A model generated the notes under the pieces. It was not told where the DNA came from, did not search any database, and saw only the letters and a list, made by a program, of their open reading frames with translations. From the IMG/VR virus record IMGVR_UViG_3300043443_000423, positions 1 through 59,373 of that record: a DNA stretch of 59,373 bases; one strand, given 5' to 3'. The position numbers and the translations under genes were made by a program. How positions within the stretch are numbered: position 1 is the stretch's first letter; each line of letters begins with the position of its first letter. The DNA comes from a virus. Its lineage: Duplodnaviria; Caudoviricetes. Positions 8,441 to 17,507 of this stretch are shown piece by piece.

Positions 8441-8684
8441 CGAACTCGATACCCTCCAAGTCAACATCGGGAGTCGAGGGCTTCTTGTGGTTAGAGGTAC
8501 CATCCCTGACCACCCGCGTCTTATCCAAGTAGATCTGGAATAGTTGGGGACTGGTTTGTTTGGCGTGCGTTAGGAATAGTTTTCTTAGTAGCATCGTGGT
8601 GGGTATGAATTCCTGGGCCGCGAGGTCCGCGAGTAGGCGATGTTCAGCGACGGACAGCTTGAGATTGACGTTCTTGGTTTTCAT
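8433..8684 (-). CDS. Ribbon-helix-helix-like DNA-binding protein with acidic SSB-like tail
   Basis: MKTKNVNLKLSVAEHRLLADLAAQEFIPTTMLLRKL strand-helix-helix pattern; C-terminus DVDLEGIEFDE. Confidence 0.6.
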   Translation of the reverse strand: MKTKNVNLKLSVAEHRLLADLAAQEFIPTTMLLRKLFLTHAKQTSPQLFQIYLDKTRVVRDGTSNHKKPSTPDVDLEGIEFDE

Positions 8685-8699
8685 GTGTGTATATCCTGA

Positions 8700-9180
8700 T
8701 AGTGGTTAGGTGATGGTAAGTTGTGCATCACAATGGTATGTTAGCACATTATCAGGGGATTGAGCGGTTAGATCAGTGTTTGCGTGCGAAAGATAGTGTT
8801 GATGGTAAGACACTGGTAACGAAAATGGTATGATACTGGTTAGTTGTGCTATTGATGGATGCGGCAATTTGCCCAATATTTAAGCAAACTTGGGGTTTCG
8901 AGGGGGTGAAAAGGCGCTTGTCTAATTAGGCTGTCTAATTACCAAACGCTTGTAAGTGATTGATTTGATTGGGGAAATCGAGAGTCCACGGGGGCAATAA
9001 GACAATTAGGCAGAGTGGCGTAGGGTCAGACCTCCCCAGGGCCTCGCGTAGTCCATCATGGACGTGAAGCTCTCTATATAGTGACTCTTTTTACTGTCTA
9101 ATTGTCTAATTGTCTTATTACAACGAATAACTGAATGGAATCAAGCACTTAGTAATTAGACAGCTAATTAGACAGTCGGA
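8700..9180. promoter_or_regulatory. AT-rich non-coding region with iteron-like repeats and IHF-like sites (candidate replication origin)
   Basis: Nine TGTCTAAT-like copies in both orientations (8919, 8932, 8996, 9004, 9095, 9103, 9111, 9154, 9166); WATCAANNNNTTR matches at 8953-8965 (-) and 9139-9151 (+). Confidence 0.6.
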
Positions 9181-9217
9181 ATGTGTGTCTTAATATAACT
9201 ATGTATACACACGTGGG

Positions 9218-9415
9218 TTAATCGTGGGGTCGGCGGCGGGTGCCAGGGTAGCGAAAGCCGAAGGTTTGGGCGTGTTTGGAGATGGAGGACGCGGCGGAGG
9301 CGAAGCCCTGCGAGCGGTTCGATGGATGAGTGCTGCGCACGGCCATGAGGGTGGATAGGCGGGAAGGTTCGAAGGCGGGCATGGTGCCCTTGGCTACACG
9401 GTGGACGATGGGCAT
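9218..9415 (-). CDS. Hypothetical basic protein (65 aa)
   Basis: GGAG RBS before MPIVHRVAK. Confidence 0.5.
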   Translation of the reverse strand: MPIVHRVAKGTMPAFEPSRLSTLMAVRSTHPSNRSQGFASAASSISKHAQTFGFRYPGTRRRPHD

Positions 9416-9454
9416 GTAAGACTCCAAAGGGTGGGGGGATTAACCCCCCGCGGG

Positions 9455-9943
9455 TTAGACGGCTTGTTGGCGCTTGGCGATCTCGGCCGCGCAGAAGGCC
9501 TGGACACGCTCGATCAGGGTGATGCACTGCTCATACGACGTGCGCTTGGAGCCAGAGACGGTGACGCCGTCCTTCTTGCGTGTGGTGTACCCGCCATTCT
9601 TGAGGTCGGCGATACGGTCGCGATAACGGTCTGCAAGGCACTCGAAGGCCGAGCGGTTAGATATGGTCAAGGTCTCGCCGGTAAGGCTCGCCAGAGCCTC
9701 CGCAAGGGGCTTGTAGTTGCCACGCAGGGCAGACGACGCGATCATGCTCATGCCATCGGCTGCGAGCCCGAGACGGGCCTCCTTGCCGACCTTGCCCGAT
9801 GCGGCCGCAAGAAAACACTTGGTGGCGACGGATGCCTGAGCCACGACGGACAGCTTCTTCTCGACAATGGTCTTGCCATGCACGAGGACCGAGACAGGGC
9901 CGTATTCGATGACGTCGGACGCGTTAACGGTTTGCATTTCCAT
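9455..9943 (-). CDS. Hypothetical protein, first gene of leftward early unit (162 aa)
   Basis: AGGAG RBS before MEMQTV; codon usage like other genes. Confidence 0.75.
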   Translation of the reverse strand: MEMQTVNASDVIEYGPVSVLVHGKTIVEKKLSVVAQASVATKCFLAAASGKVGKEARLGLAADGMSMIASSALRGNYKPLAEALASLTGETLTISNRSAFECLADRYRDRIADLKNGGYTTRKKDGVTVSGSKRTSYEQCITLIERVQAFCAAEIAKRQQAV

Positions 9944-10004
9944 GGTTGAATCTCCTAGGGGTGAAAGGGTATGGATCGACACACTCGGGATGAATGTGCC
10001 CACT

Positions 10005-10350
10005 AATACCCCCGCAATGTCACTATGCTATGGCCCACCCGATGCGATCGGGAAGGTTTGCAGGGAGCCCATTGCGGGTTAATCCCGCGATCTTGCTGCT
10101 CTAGGCGATCACGCGCCATCAATACCCGATCTCGCACGGTATCAGCGGCCGCAGAATCCATTTTGGGTTTCTGTTCTCGAGCCCTCCATGACGCAGCATG
10201 GATAGGGGAGTCGGCTTTCCGAATTGTTAAAGATCAACGTATGGTGCGATCCGATATGCGACACATCCCGTAGGACGCCTCCAGCCCGTGGGCGAAGGGC
10301 ACACACCTTCACGACTGACCCGACGTATCGGATCCCACGGTCGGGGAACT
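10005..10350 (-). ncRNA. Candidate structured leader RNA with boxA-like element
   Basis: Consecutive inverted repeats; minus strand GATCTTTAACAA at 10224-10235 followed by hairpin TCGG-AAAG-CCGA. Confidence 0.45.
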
Positions 10351-10460
10351 TGCTAACCGCCCCCTTCCACCTTAGGGGATCTTGCTACCCCCCTGGGTCC
10401 AGGCCCCCCAGGCCCCCGCCCCCCTGCCTTACCAGTCGCTCTTACAGCGAAGCCAAAAAA

Positions 10461-10490
10461 TTGCCTATACGCATACACACCTGCTAACAT
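10461..10490 (+). promoter_or_regulatory. Putative promoter of late unit
   Basis: TTGCCT-18nt-TAACAT with TGn extension; contains the recurring TGCTAACAT motif. Confidence 0.45.
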
Positions 10491-10520
10491 AACGTCACTG
10501 CAACCCCTTATCTACTACCC

Positions 10521-10652
10521 ATGGACCACCTTCGACGCTTCCTGGACATCATGCTCATCGTCTTTCTATGGGCAGTGAGCACCGTAGTCATCGGTGCAGG
10601 CGCTCGGCTGATGCTCGAGTTGTTCTGTTTTGGCTACAGGTGTGGCCTGTGA
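10521..10652 (+). CDS. Small membrane protein (43 aa, not in ORF track)
   Basis: MDHLRRFLDIMLIVFLWAVSTVVIGAG; GTGA overlap with next gene. Confidence 0.5.
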   Translation: MDHLRRFLDIMLIVFLWAVSTVVIGAGARLMLELFCFGYRCGL

Positions 10653-10807
10653 AGCGTTGGAACCTGTTCATTCCCGACGATCTGATCGCCGAGGCCAAGG
10701 CGTTGGCCGACAAGAAGGGGGTATCGGTCGCAGAAGTCGTACGCATCGCGCTCACCAAGTACCTGGAAGCCGTCAGACGGGCCAAGGAAGCCAAACATGG
10801 AGCCTGA
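10649..10807 (+). CDS. Ribbon-helix-helix (CopG-like) regulator
   Basis: MKRWNLFIPDDLIAEAKALADKKGVSVAEVVRIAL. Confidence 0.75.
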   Translation: MKRWNLFIPDDLIAEAKALADKKGVSVAEVVRIALTKYLEAVRRAKEAKHGA

Positions 10808-11282
10808 AATCACCGATGACCCCCTCGATTGGGGGCAAAAACCCACCTCTTTCCCTCATATACCAGCCGAAATGGTCCATTCCATCGCGTTGGGGATGGA
10901 AGATGAGCTCGTAATCGCCTCCAGACATGGGTTTTCGGTCGAGCAGTACCAAGAAATCGCCCAACTGAAGCCTTTTCAGGCTGCGGTGGCCTCCCAGCGG
11001 GCGGAATTCGAGAAATCAGGGCTCACGTTCCGCCTAAAACAGGCGATGAAGGCCGACATCCTGGCCGATGAGGTGTTCGTAAAGCTCATGAGCAACGAAA
11101 CGACGCTGGTTCAGAAGCTCGAGGGCCTCAAATACTTCGCCAAGGTCGGTGGACTGGAGCCCAAGGAAGAAAAGGCCGCACCCATCTCCAATCTGCCCAC
11201 CATCGTCATCAACACCAACTCCATTTCGATGGAACCGTCCCGCACGATCGACATCCCCGCAAAGGTTCTGACCAGTGAGTAG
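10797..11282 (+). CDS. Terminase small subunit (putative)
   Basis: Size and position directly upstream of, and overlapping, the large terminase. Confidence 0.65.
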   Translation: MEPEITDDPLDWGQKPTSFPHIPAEMVHSIALGMEDELVIASRHGFSVEQYQEIAQLKPFQAAVASQRAEFEKSGLTFRLKQAMKADILADEVFVKLMSNETTLVQKLEGLKYFAKVGGLEPKEEKAAPISNLPTIVINTNSISMEPSRTIDIPAKVLTSE

Positions 11283-12744
11283 TTACACCCCAAGCGCCAC
11301 CCAAGGAAAGTTCATGGAGACCGAGGCCTACGTTAGGGTCTTGGCAGGTCCGGTGGGCGGTGGGAAATCGGTGACCTGTGTGCACGAACTGGTGCGACTC
11401 GCCTGTGGCCAGAAACCCAACGCCAAGGGGCTGCGAAAGACCCGTGCGGTCATCGTCCGTAACACGGCCGATCAGCTGGCGCTCACGACGCGTAAAACCG
11501 TCTTCGACTGGCTCCCGCCAGGCGAGATGGGCACCTGGCAGGCGGTGAACAAAACCTTCGTGCTCAAGGCTCGACTGCCGGACAACACCATCGTGGAGTC
11601 GGAGTGGCTCTTCATCGCGTTGGACACCCCGGATGACGTGCGTAAGGCGCTGTCGCTGGAGACCACCTTCTTGTGGGGTAACGAGGCTCGGGAACTGCAC
11701 CAGGACGTGGTAGATGGGCTCTTGGGGCGTCTGAACAGGTATCCGTCGATGAAGGACGGTGGACCCACCACGTCGTGTGCGCTCTTCGATACCAACATGC
11801 CCGACGAAGACACCTGGTGGCACGACAAGATGGAGAACCCGCCGTCTAACTGGTCCATTCACATCCAGCCGCCTGCGATCATCAAGCCGCAGCGTTACGT
11901 CGAGCTCTACGACGAAGAGCCCCCGGAGATCCTCGAGGACAAGGACGGTGGCGAGTGGGCGGTCAATCCAGGGTGCGACAACTACCAGCACCTGCCCAGG
12001 GTCTACTACCCCAACCTCATCCCAGGCAAGACCGAGGATTGGCTGCGGGTGTATCTGCGCTCCGAGTACGGGCGATCGCTCTCGGGGACACCGGTCTACG
12101 AGAAGACATTCACCTTCGACTTCCATGTGGCCAAGGAGCCGTTGAAATACGTGAGGGGCGAGACCTACCCCATCGTCATCGGCGTGGACTTCGGGCGTAC
12201 GCCCGCAGCGGTGTTCAAGCAGCGCGATCCGCGGGGCAGGGTGTTGACGCTGGGCGAGCTCACCTCGGACAACATGGGCATCGAGACTTTCATCAATACG
12301 AAACTCAACCCCTTCATTGCCAACCGCTTCCCAGGGGCGACGTTCGTGGTGGCACCGGACCCTGCGGGCTTCGCCAAACAACAACTCAACGAGATGAGCC
12401 TGGTCGATGTGTTGAAGCAAGCCGGGTTCAAGTGCGTCAAACCCCCGACAAACGACCCTGAGAGGCGCATACAGGCCGTTGAGAGGCTGCTGAACCAGCA
12501 GCTGGAGGGTAAGGCCATGTACCTCATCGATCCGGGCTGTGAGCAGCTTATACGGGGTTTCAGGTACGGCTACCGATACAAGATCAAGAAGAACGGCGAG
12601 CTCGAGGACAGGCCGGAGAAGAACAGCTTCAGTCACCCGCACGATGCCAACCAGTACGCCGATTCGGTGATCGACATGAACGTGCGAGGTGTCGCACTGA
12701 ACCAGGGACGACGGGAAGTTAAGAAAAAAGCATGGGTTGCTTGA
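11275..12744 (+). CDS. terL: Terminase large subunit
   Basis: GPVGGGKS Walker A, WGNEARE Walker B, DTNMP, nuclease IGVDFG and HPHDANQY. Confidence 0.93.
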   Translation: MSSYTPSATQGKFMETEAYVRVLAGPVGGGKSVTCVHELVRLACGQKPNAKGLRKTRAVIVRNTADQLALTTRKTVFDWLPPGEMGTWQAVNKTFVLKARLPDNTIVESEWLFIALDTPDDVRKALSLETTFLWGNEARELHQDVVDGLLGRLNRYPSMKDGGPTTSCALFDTNMPDEDTWWHDKMENPPSNWSIHIQPPAIIKPQRYVELYDEEPPEILEDKDGGEWAVNPGCDNYQHLPRVYYPNLIPGKTEDWLRVYLRSEYGRSLSGTPVYEKTFTFDFHVAKEPLKYVRGETYPIVIGVDFGRTPAAVFKQRDPRGRVLTLGELTSDNMGIETFINTKLNPFIANRFPGATFVVAPDPAGFAKQQLNEMSLVDVLKQAGFKCVKPPTNDPERRIQAVERLLNQQLEGKAMYLIDPGCEQLIRGFRYGYRYKIKKNGELEDRPEKNSFSHPHDANQYADSVIDMNVRGVALNQGRREVKKKAWVA

Positions 12745-12799
12745 TTGTTAGTTAGGATCTGCTAACATACAGCAGGATCCATCACGTCCAGGTACTCCC

Positions 12800-14884
12800 A
12801 TGGCTACATCTCTTGGTCTAAGTGTCGGCGGCATCCTGCCTGTCATGACGGCGCAGGAGATTGCGGCTGAAGAACGCAAAACGGCGGAACTGGCGCAAGC
12901 CCAGCCGCTCATCAAGGAACTCTCCGCATACGTCCGCAAGTGTTGGACCGAAGCCCGTCTTGCCAAAGAGCAGACGGTCGAGCCGAGGATGTTCAAGGCA
13001 GTCCGCGCGCGGCGCGGTGAATACGACCCCGAAGTGCTCGCCAAGATCCGGGAGACCGGTGGGGCCGAGATCTACATGATGCTGTTCTCGAACAAAGCGA
13101 GAGCGGCGAGCTCCTGGCTGCGCGATGTGATGCTCGGTCAAGGCAGCGAGAAACCCTGGACGCTGCGTCCGACCCCGGTGCCGTCTCTGCCGCCCAGTGC
13201 GATGGAGGAGATGCGCCAGCACGCCATCCAGCAGATGGCCAACGTGGTCCAGGTGACCGGGCAGACGCTGCCCCCGATGCAGCTGAGGAAGTTCCTCAAC
13301 GAGTTGCGCGAGGAGTACCTATACAACCTGCAGGAAGAGGCGAAATTCAAGGTCCGGCAGATGGAGAACCGGATGGAGGACCAGCTGGTCGAAGGGGGCT
13401 TTATCAGAGCTCTGGATCAGTTCCTGGACGACATCACGACATTCCCGGCTGCGTTCATCAAGGGTCCGGTTGTGCGTCGCAAAACGACGATGAAATGGAA
13501 CTCCGATGCGGTGTCCGGCTACCAGCTGGCGCTGGAAGAGGACCTGGTGCTCGAGTGGGAGCGCGTCGATCCGTTCATGATCTATCCGAGCCCGTCGTCC
13601 ACGGGCATCAACGATGGGTACCTCATCGAGCGGCACAAGCTGCGCCAGATCGACCTCGAGGAGTTGAAGGGGGTCGAAGGTTACGACGATGCGGCGATCG
13701 ACATGGTCATCGAGACCTACGGTCGCGGCGGGTTGCAGGACTGGCTCATCGTGGACTCCACGAAGGCCCAGGCAGAAGGGCGGTCCACGACCGCCGTGAT
13801 GCAGAACTCCGAACACCTGATCGATGCGCTGCAGTTCTGGGGCTACGTCTCCGGGCAGAAACTGCGCGACTGGGGGATGTCGGAAGAGGATGTGCCGGAC
13901 ATCGCCAAGCAGTATCCGGCCGAGGTGTGGTTGATCGGGCAGTACGTGATCAAGGCCTCGTTGAACTTCCATCCGCTCGGTCACAAGCCGTACTACAAGG
14001 CCTCCTACGAGGACGTGCCTGGCACCTTCTGGGGCAACAGCGAGTACGACCTCATCCGTGACTGCCAGGACATGTGCAACAGCGCCGCACGAGCGCTTGC
14101 CAACAACATGGGGATCTCCTCGGGTCCTCAGGTGGTCGTCAACGTCGATCGCATCCCCGCGGGCGAAGACATCACCAACCTCTATCCGTGGAAGATCCAC
14201 CAGGTCACCTCCGACCCCATGGGGTCCTCGGCCGCACCGATCTCGTTCTTCCAGCCTGGCAGCAACGCCCAGGAGTTGATGTTCATCTACGAGAAGTTCT
14301 CGGTGCTCGCCGACGAATACTCGGGCATCCCACGCTACATGACCGGATCCTCGCCATCGGGCGGGGCAGGGCGTACGGCCAGCGGCATGAGCATGCTGAT
14401 GAACAACGCCAACAAGTCGATCAAGCAGGTGGTCTCCAACATCGACAACAACGTGATGACCCCGATGCTCGAGCGCTTGTACTTCTACAACATGCGCTAC
14501 AGCGAGGACAACGAGCTCAAGGGCGACGTGTCCATCATCGCTCGGGGTGCCAACAGCGTCATGGCCAAGGAAGCAGCGCAGGTGCGCCGCAACGAGTTCC
14601 TGGCGGCAACCGCCAACCCGATCGACATGCAGATCATGGGTATCGACGGGCGCGCGACGCTGCTGCGTGAAGCGAGCAAGAGCCTGGACATGAACCCCGA
14701 CGACATCGTGCCGCCTCGCGAGAAGATGCGAGTCGCCCAGCAGATCACGAACATGATGCAGCAAGGGATGCTGCCGATGCAGCAGTCTGCGATGGGAGGC
14801 CCGCAAGGCTCACCTACTGGAAACCAGCAAATGTTGATGAACGAGGCACCGATCGAGGACAACTTCTCCTCGACGGCTGCTTGA
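12800..14884 (+). CDS. Portal protein
   Basis: 694 aa after TerL; DCQDMCN, RTASGMSMLM pattern typical of podoviral portals. Confidence 0.85.
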   Translation: MATSLGLSVGGILPVMTAQEIAAEERKTAELAQAQPLIKELSAYVRKCWTEARLAKEQTVEPRMFKAVRARRGEYDPEVLAKIRETGGAEIYMMLFSNKARAASSWLRDVMLGQGSEKPWTLRPTPVPSLPPSAMEEMRQHAIQQMANVVQVTGQTLPPMQLRKFLNELREEYLYNLQEEAKFKVRQMENRMEDQLVEGGFIRALDQFLDDITTFPAAFIKGPVVRRKTTMKWNSDAVSGYQLALEEDLVLEWERVDPFMIYPSPSSTGINDGYLIERHKLRQIDLEELKGVEGYDDAAIDMVIETYGRGGLQDWLIVDSTKAQAEGRSTTAVMQNSEHLIDALQFWGYVSGQKLRDWGMSEEDVPDIAKQYPAEVWLIGQYVIKASLNFHPLGHKPYYKASYEDVPGTFWGNSEYDLIRDCQDMCNSAARALANNMGISSGPQVVVNVDRIPAGEDITNLYPWKIHQVTSDPMGSSAAPISFFQPGSNAQELMFIYEKFSVLADEYSGIPRYMTGSSPSGGAGRTASGMSMLMNNANKSIKQVVSNIDNNVMTPMLERLYFYNMRYSEDNELKGDVSIIARGANSVMAKEAAQVRRNEFLAATANPIDMQIMGIDGRATLLREASKSLDMNPDDIVPPREKMRVAQQITNMMQQGMLPMQQSAMGGPQGSPTGNQQMLMNEAPIEDNFSSTAA

Positions 14885-14934
14885 CACAACGTGCTAACAT
14901 ACTGTAAAAAAGCGACATTGTTAGGAGCTACCCC

Positions 14935-15114
14935 ATGAAACGGTCGATCAAAGAGCATGTTGCCGAAGAGAAATCGGCCCTCAAGCGCGGCGGTGCATCC
15001 CCGAAATTGATGGCCGAAGAGCGAGCCGAGTACGCCAAGAAGGGCGTCAAGTTCGCCAACGGTGGGCATGTTAAAGCTCGCGCCACGGCGACCAGCCGCG
15101 GCAAGGCTTGCTGA
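14935..15114 (+). CDS. Small basic protein with FANGG motif (59 aa, not in ORF track)
   Basis: AGGAG RBS; MKRSIKEHVAEEK...KFANGGHVK; TGATG overlap with next gene. Confidence 0.6.
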   Translation: MKRSIKEHVAEEKSALKRGGASPKLMAEERAEYAKKGVKFANGGHVKARATATSRGKAC

Positions 15115-15347
15115 TGCAGTTTGCTAGACCCGACGCGAATCAGTGGAAGGCGTTAGCCCGCCTTGTAAGGTCGCAAGAAGGAGAGGTGCTCCTTAGTTTG
15201 TTGGACACCGAACTCCAGGCGCTACAGGGCCACATGATGGACGCAGCCGGGGATTACATCTGGAAGTTACAGGGTGCTTCGAAGTCGATGAGCACCCTCA
15301 CAAAGTTACTACGGCAAGCTCCCGAGCTTGCCGACAAAGCCCGCTAG
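15114..15347 (+). CDS. Hypothetical head-region protein
   Basis: Small helical gene between portal and scaffold, a common podoviral position. Confidence 0.7.
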   Translation: MQFARPDANQWKALARLVRSQEGEVLLSLLDTELQALQGHMMDAAGDYIWKLQGASKSMSTLTKLLRQAPELADKAR

Positions 15348-15417
15348 CCCAAGGTTCGTCCCGGCTCGCGTTTTTAACGCCCAAGGTCCCGTGTGACCCG
15401 GCAATTGGAGATATTTA

Positions 15418-16401
15418 ATGCCGTTACCCAAGCAGGTACAGGCTCAGGCCGATGCGGTCGAGCAATACGAGAAGCAGGTTGCAGAAGCACGTCAAGCAGC
15501 TGAACCCAAGCCTCCCGAAGATCCGCCTCCCGCAGACCCGCCGATTAACGGTACGGAACCGACCCCAGTCGATCCACCCAAAGCTCCTGTAGAGGACGAC
15601 GCAGCACAGTGGCGGCAACGCTACCTAAGTCTGCAAGGCCAATACAACAGCCAGGTCCCCGACCTGCAGCGTCAGGTGCAGAGCCTGATGGAGACGGTGA
15701 ATGGATTGCGAGAGGAGTTGAAGACTAGGGAAGCGCCTACGCCTCCACAGTCGGAACCCTCCGAGTTGGTGACAAACAAAGACGTTGAGGCTTTTGGTGA
15801 GGACTTGGTGGACCTCGCTCGACGCATCGCCAAGGATGAGTTTGGTAAGCGCGAGTCGAAGTACCTCAAGCAAATCGATGCGCTGCAAGAGCAGTTAGCA
15901 GAAGCCAAGGGTAGCGTCGGTCAGATTGCAGAGGTTCAGGCGAAGACGGCGTCAGCCAGATTCTTCGAGGCGTTGCAAAGCGCAGTGCCCACCTGGAACA
16001 CGGTGCAGCAGACAGCGGAGTGTCAGTCGTTCTTGGGCTCTCGGATTCCGGGGACCGGTGCGACGTGGGACATGGCGCTGAAAGAGGCTGCAGCAAACCG
16101 TGATGCAGAGACCGCGATCGAAGTGTTCGAGGAGTTTTTCAAGCGGTTTCCTCAGCACGACCCTAAGGCCAAGCCCGCTCCGCAAACCAGCGCGAAGCAA
16201 GAGCTCCAACGGCAGGTAGCACCCGGCAAATCGGCTGCAGCTGCCACGACGCCACAGAACAAGCGTGTGTACTCGGGACAGGACTTTCACACCGAGAGCA
16301 TGCGAATCATGAGGCTCACGCAGCAAGGCAAACACGATGAAGCCGCTCGATTGGATGCAGAACTTAACGCCGCCCTAGCAGAAGGAAGAGTCACACCGTG
16401 A
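15418..16401 (+). CDS. Capsid scaffolding protein
   Basis: Acidic/Pro-rich N-terminus, coiled coil, directly upstream of the capsid gene. Confidence 0.75.
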   Translation: MPLPKQVQAQADAVEQYEKQVAEARQAAEPKPPEDPPPADPPINGTEPTPVDPPKAPVEDDAAQWRQRYLSLQGQYNSQVPDLQRQVQSLMETVNGLREELKTREAPTPPQSEPSELVTNKDVEAFGEDLVDLARRIAKDEFGKRESKYLKQIDALQEQLAEAKGSVGQIAEVQAKTASARFFEALQSAVPTWNTVQQTAECQSFLGSRIPGTGATWDMALKEAAANRDAETAIEVFEEFFKRFPQHDPKAKPAPQTSAKQELQRQVAPGKSAAAATTPQNKRVYSGQDFHTESMRIMRLTQQGKHDEAARLDAELNAALAEGRVTP

Positions 16402-16442
16402 CATCCGATGCGGGGGCATCAAACCGATAAAGGATCTTAGAA

Positions 16443-17426
16443 ATGAGTACGATTACCCCCGCCGCAGCGTATGCCGTCACCGGCTCGTTTGCTACCAACC
16501 CGGCTTACTCCGGTACCTTCATTCCGGCCGTCTGGTCGTCCAAGCTGAACGTGAAGTTCTATGCGAACACCACGTTTGGTGATGTCTCCAATACCAACTG
16601 GGAAGGCGACATCAAGAACATGGGCGACAAGGTGATCATCAACAACATCCCCTCGATCACCATCAATACCTACACGGTCGGCCAGAGCCTGACCTATGAG
16701 GTGCCCACTCCTGACACGATCGAGTTGCAGATCGACAAGGGTTTCTACTTCGGTGTGAACGTGAGCGATGTGCTCGAGTATCAAGCTCAGCCCAACCTCA
16801 TGGACATGTTCACGACCGACGCAGCGAACCAGATGAAGATCAAGGTTGATCGTGACTGCTTCGTTAGCACGTTCTCTGGTGCTGCAGCTGCAAACGTCGG
16901 TGCGACCGCTGGTGCACTGTCTGCTGGTTTCAACCTCGGTACCGATGCTGCTCCGATCGACTATACCCAGGCTGGCAACGAGATCCTCAAGACCATCACC
17001 GCGATGTCTTCGGTCCTCGATGAGCAGAACGTCCCCGAGGGCGATCGTTTCCTCGTGATCACGCCTTACGAGCGTCAGTTGCTCATGCACTCGCCGCTTG
17101 CTCAGGCCTATGTGACGGGTGATGCCCAGTCGATCCTGCGTAACGGCAAGATCGGTCGTATCGATCGCTTCGACATCTATGTGTCGAACCTGCTTCCCGC
17201 TGCTGCCGCTGGTCAGAACTACACCGGTGGTGCTGCTGCAGGTACCGTGAAGCGTCACGTCATCATCGCTGGTCACCGCGCTGCAATGACTTTCGCCTCG
17301 CAGATCAACAAGGTCGAGAGCATCCCCAACCCCAACGACTTCGGCACCCTGGTGCGTGGTCTCATGATCTATGGTCGCAAGACGATCAAGCCTGAGGCCC
17401 TCACCTACGCAGTCGTCAAAGGTTGA
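16443..17426 (+). CDS. Major capsid protein
   Basis: FIPAVWSSKL, WEGDIKNMGDKVII, RFLVITP, VRGLMIYGRKTIKPEAL; followed by terminator. Confidence 0.88.
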   Translation: MSTITPAAAYAVTGSFATNPAYSGTFIPAVWSSKLNVKFYANTTFGDVSNTNWEGDIKNMGDKVIINNIPSITINTYTVGQSLTYEVPTPDTIELQIDKGFYFGVNVSDVLEYQAQPNLMDMFTTDAANQMKIKVDRDCFVSTFSGAAAANVGATAGALSAGFNLGTDAAPIDYTQAGNEILKTITAMSSVLDEQNVPEGDRFLVITPYERQLLMHSPLAQAYVTGDAQSILRNGKIGRIDRFDIYVSNLLPAAAAGQNYTGGAAAGTVKRHVIIAGHRAAMTFASQINKVESIPNPNDFGTLVRGLMIYGRKTIKPEALTYAVVKG

Positions 17427-17443
17427 ACGTGATGTAACAGGAC

Positions 17444-17465
17444 AGGGGGCTTAGGCCCCCTTCTT
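17444..17465 (+). terminator. Rho-independent terminator after capsid gene
   Basis: AGGGGGC-TTAG-GCCCCCT then TCTTGTGTT. Confidence 0.75.
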
Positions 17466-17507
17466 GTGTTAGTATGTGAGTAAGTCCTAACACCGCAAGG
17501 AACGCGC

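Noticed and set aside
8915-9180. CRISPR mini-array
   Set aside because: Repeats are only 8-9 nt, in both orientations, with irregular spacing; no cas operon
11209-14806. Long antisense ORFs (477 and 495 aa; also 4693-5730, 48537-49754, 54769-55782)
   Set aside because: Shadow frames of GC-rich genes with no motifs, opposite well-supported CDSs
15312-15333. Perfect 10-bp inverted repeat as a terminator
   Set aside because: Lies inside a CDS and lacks a U tract
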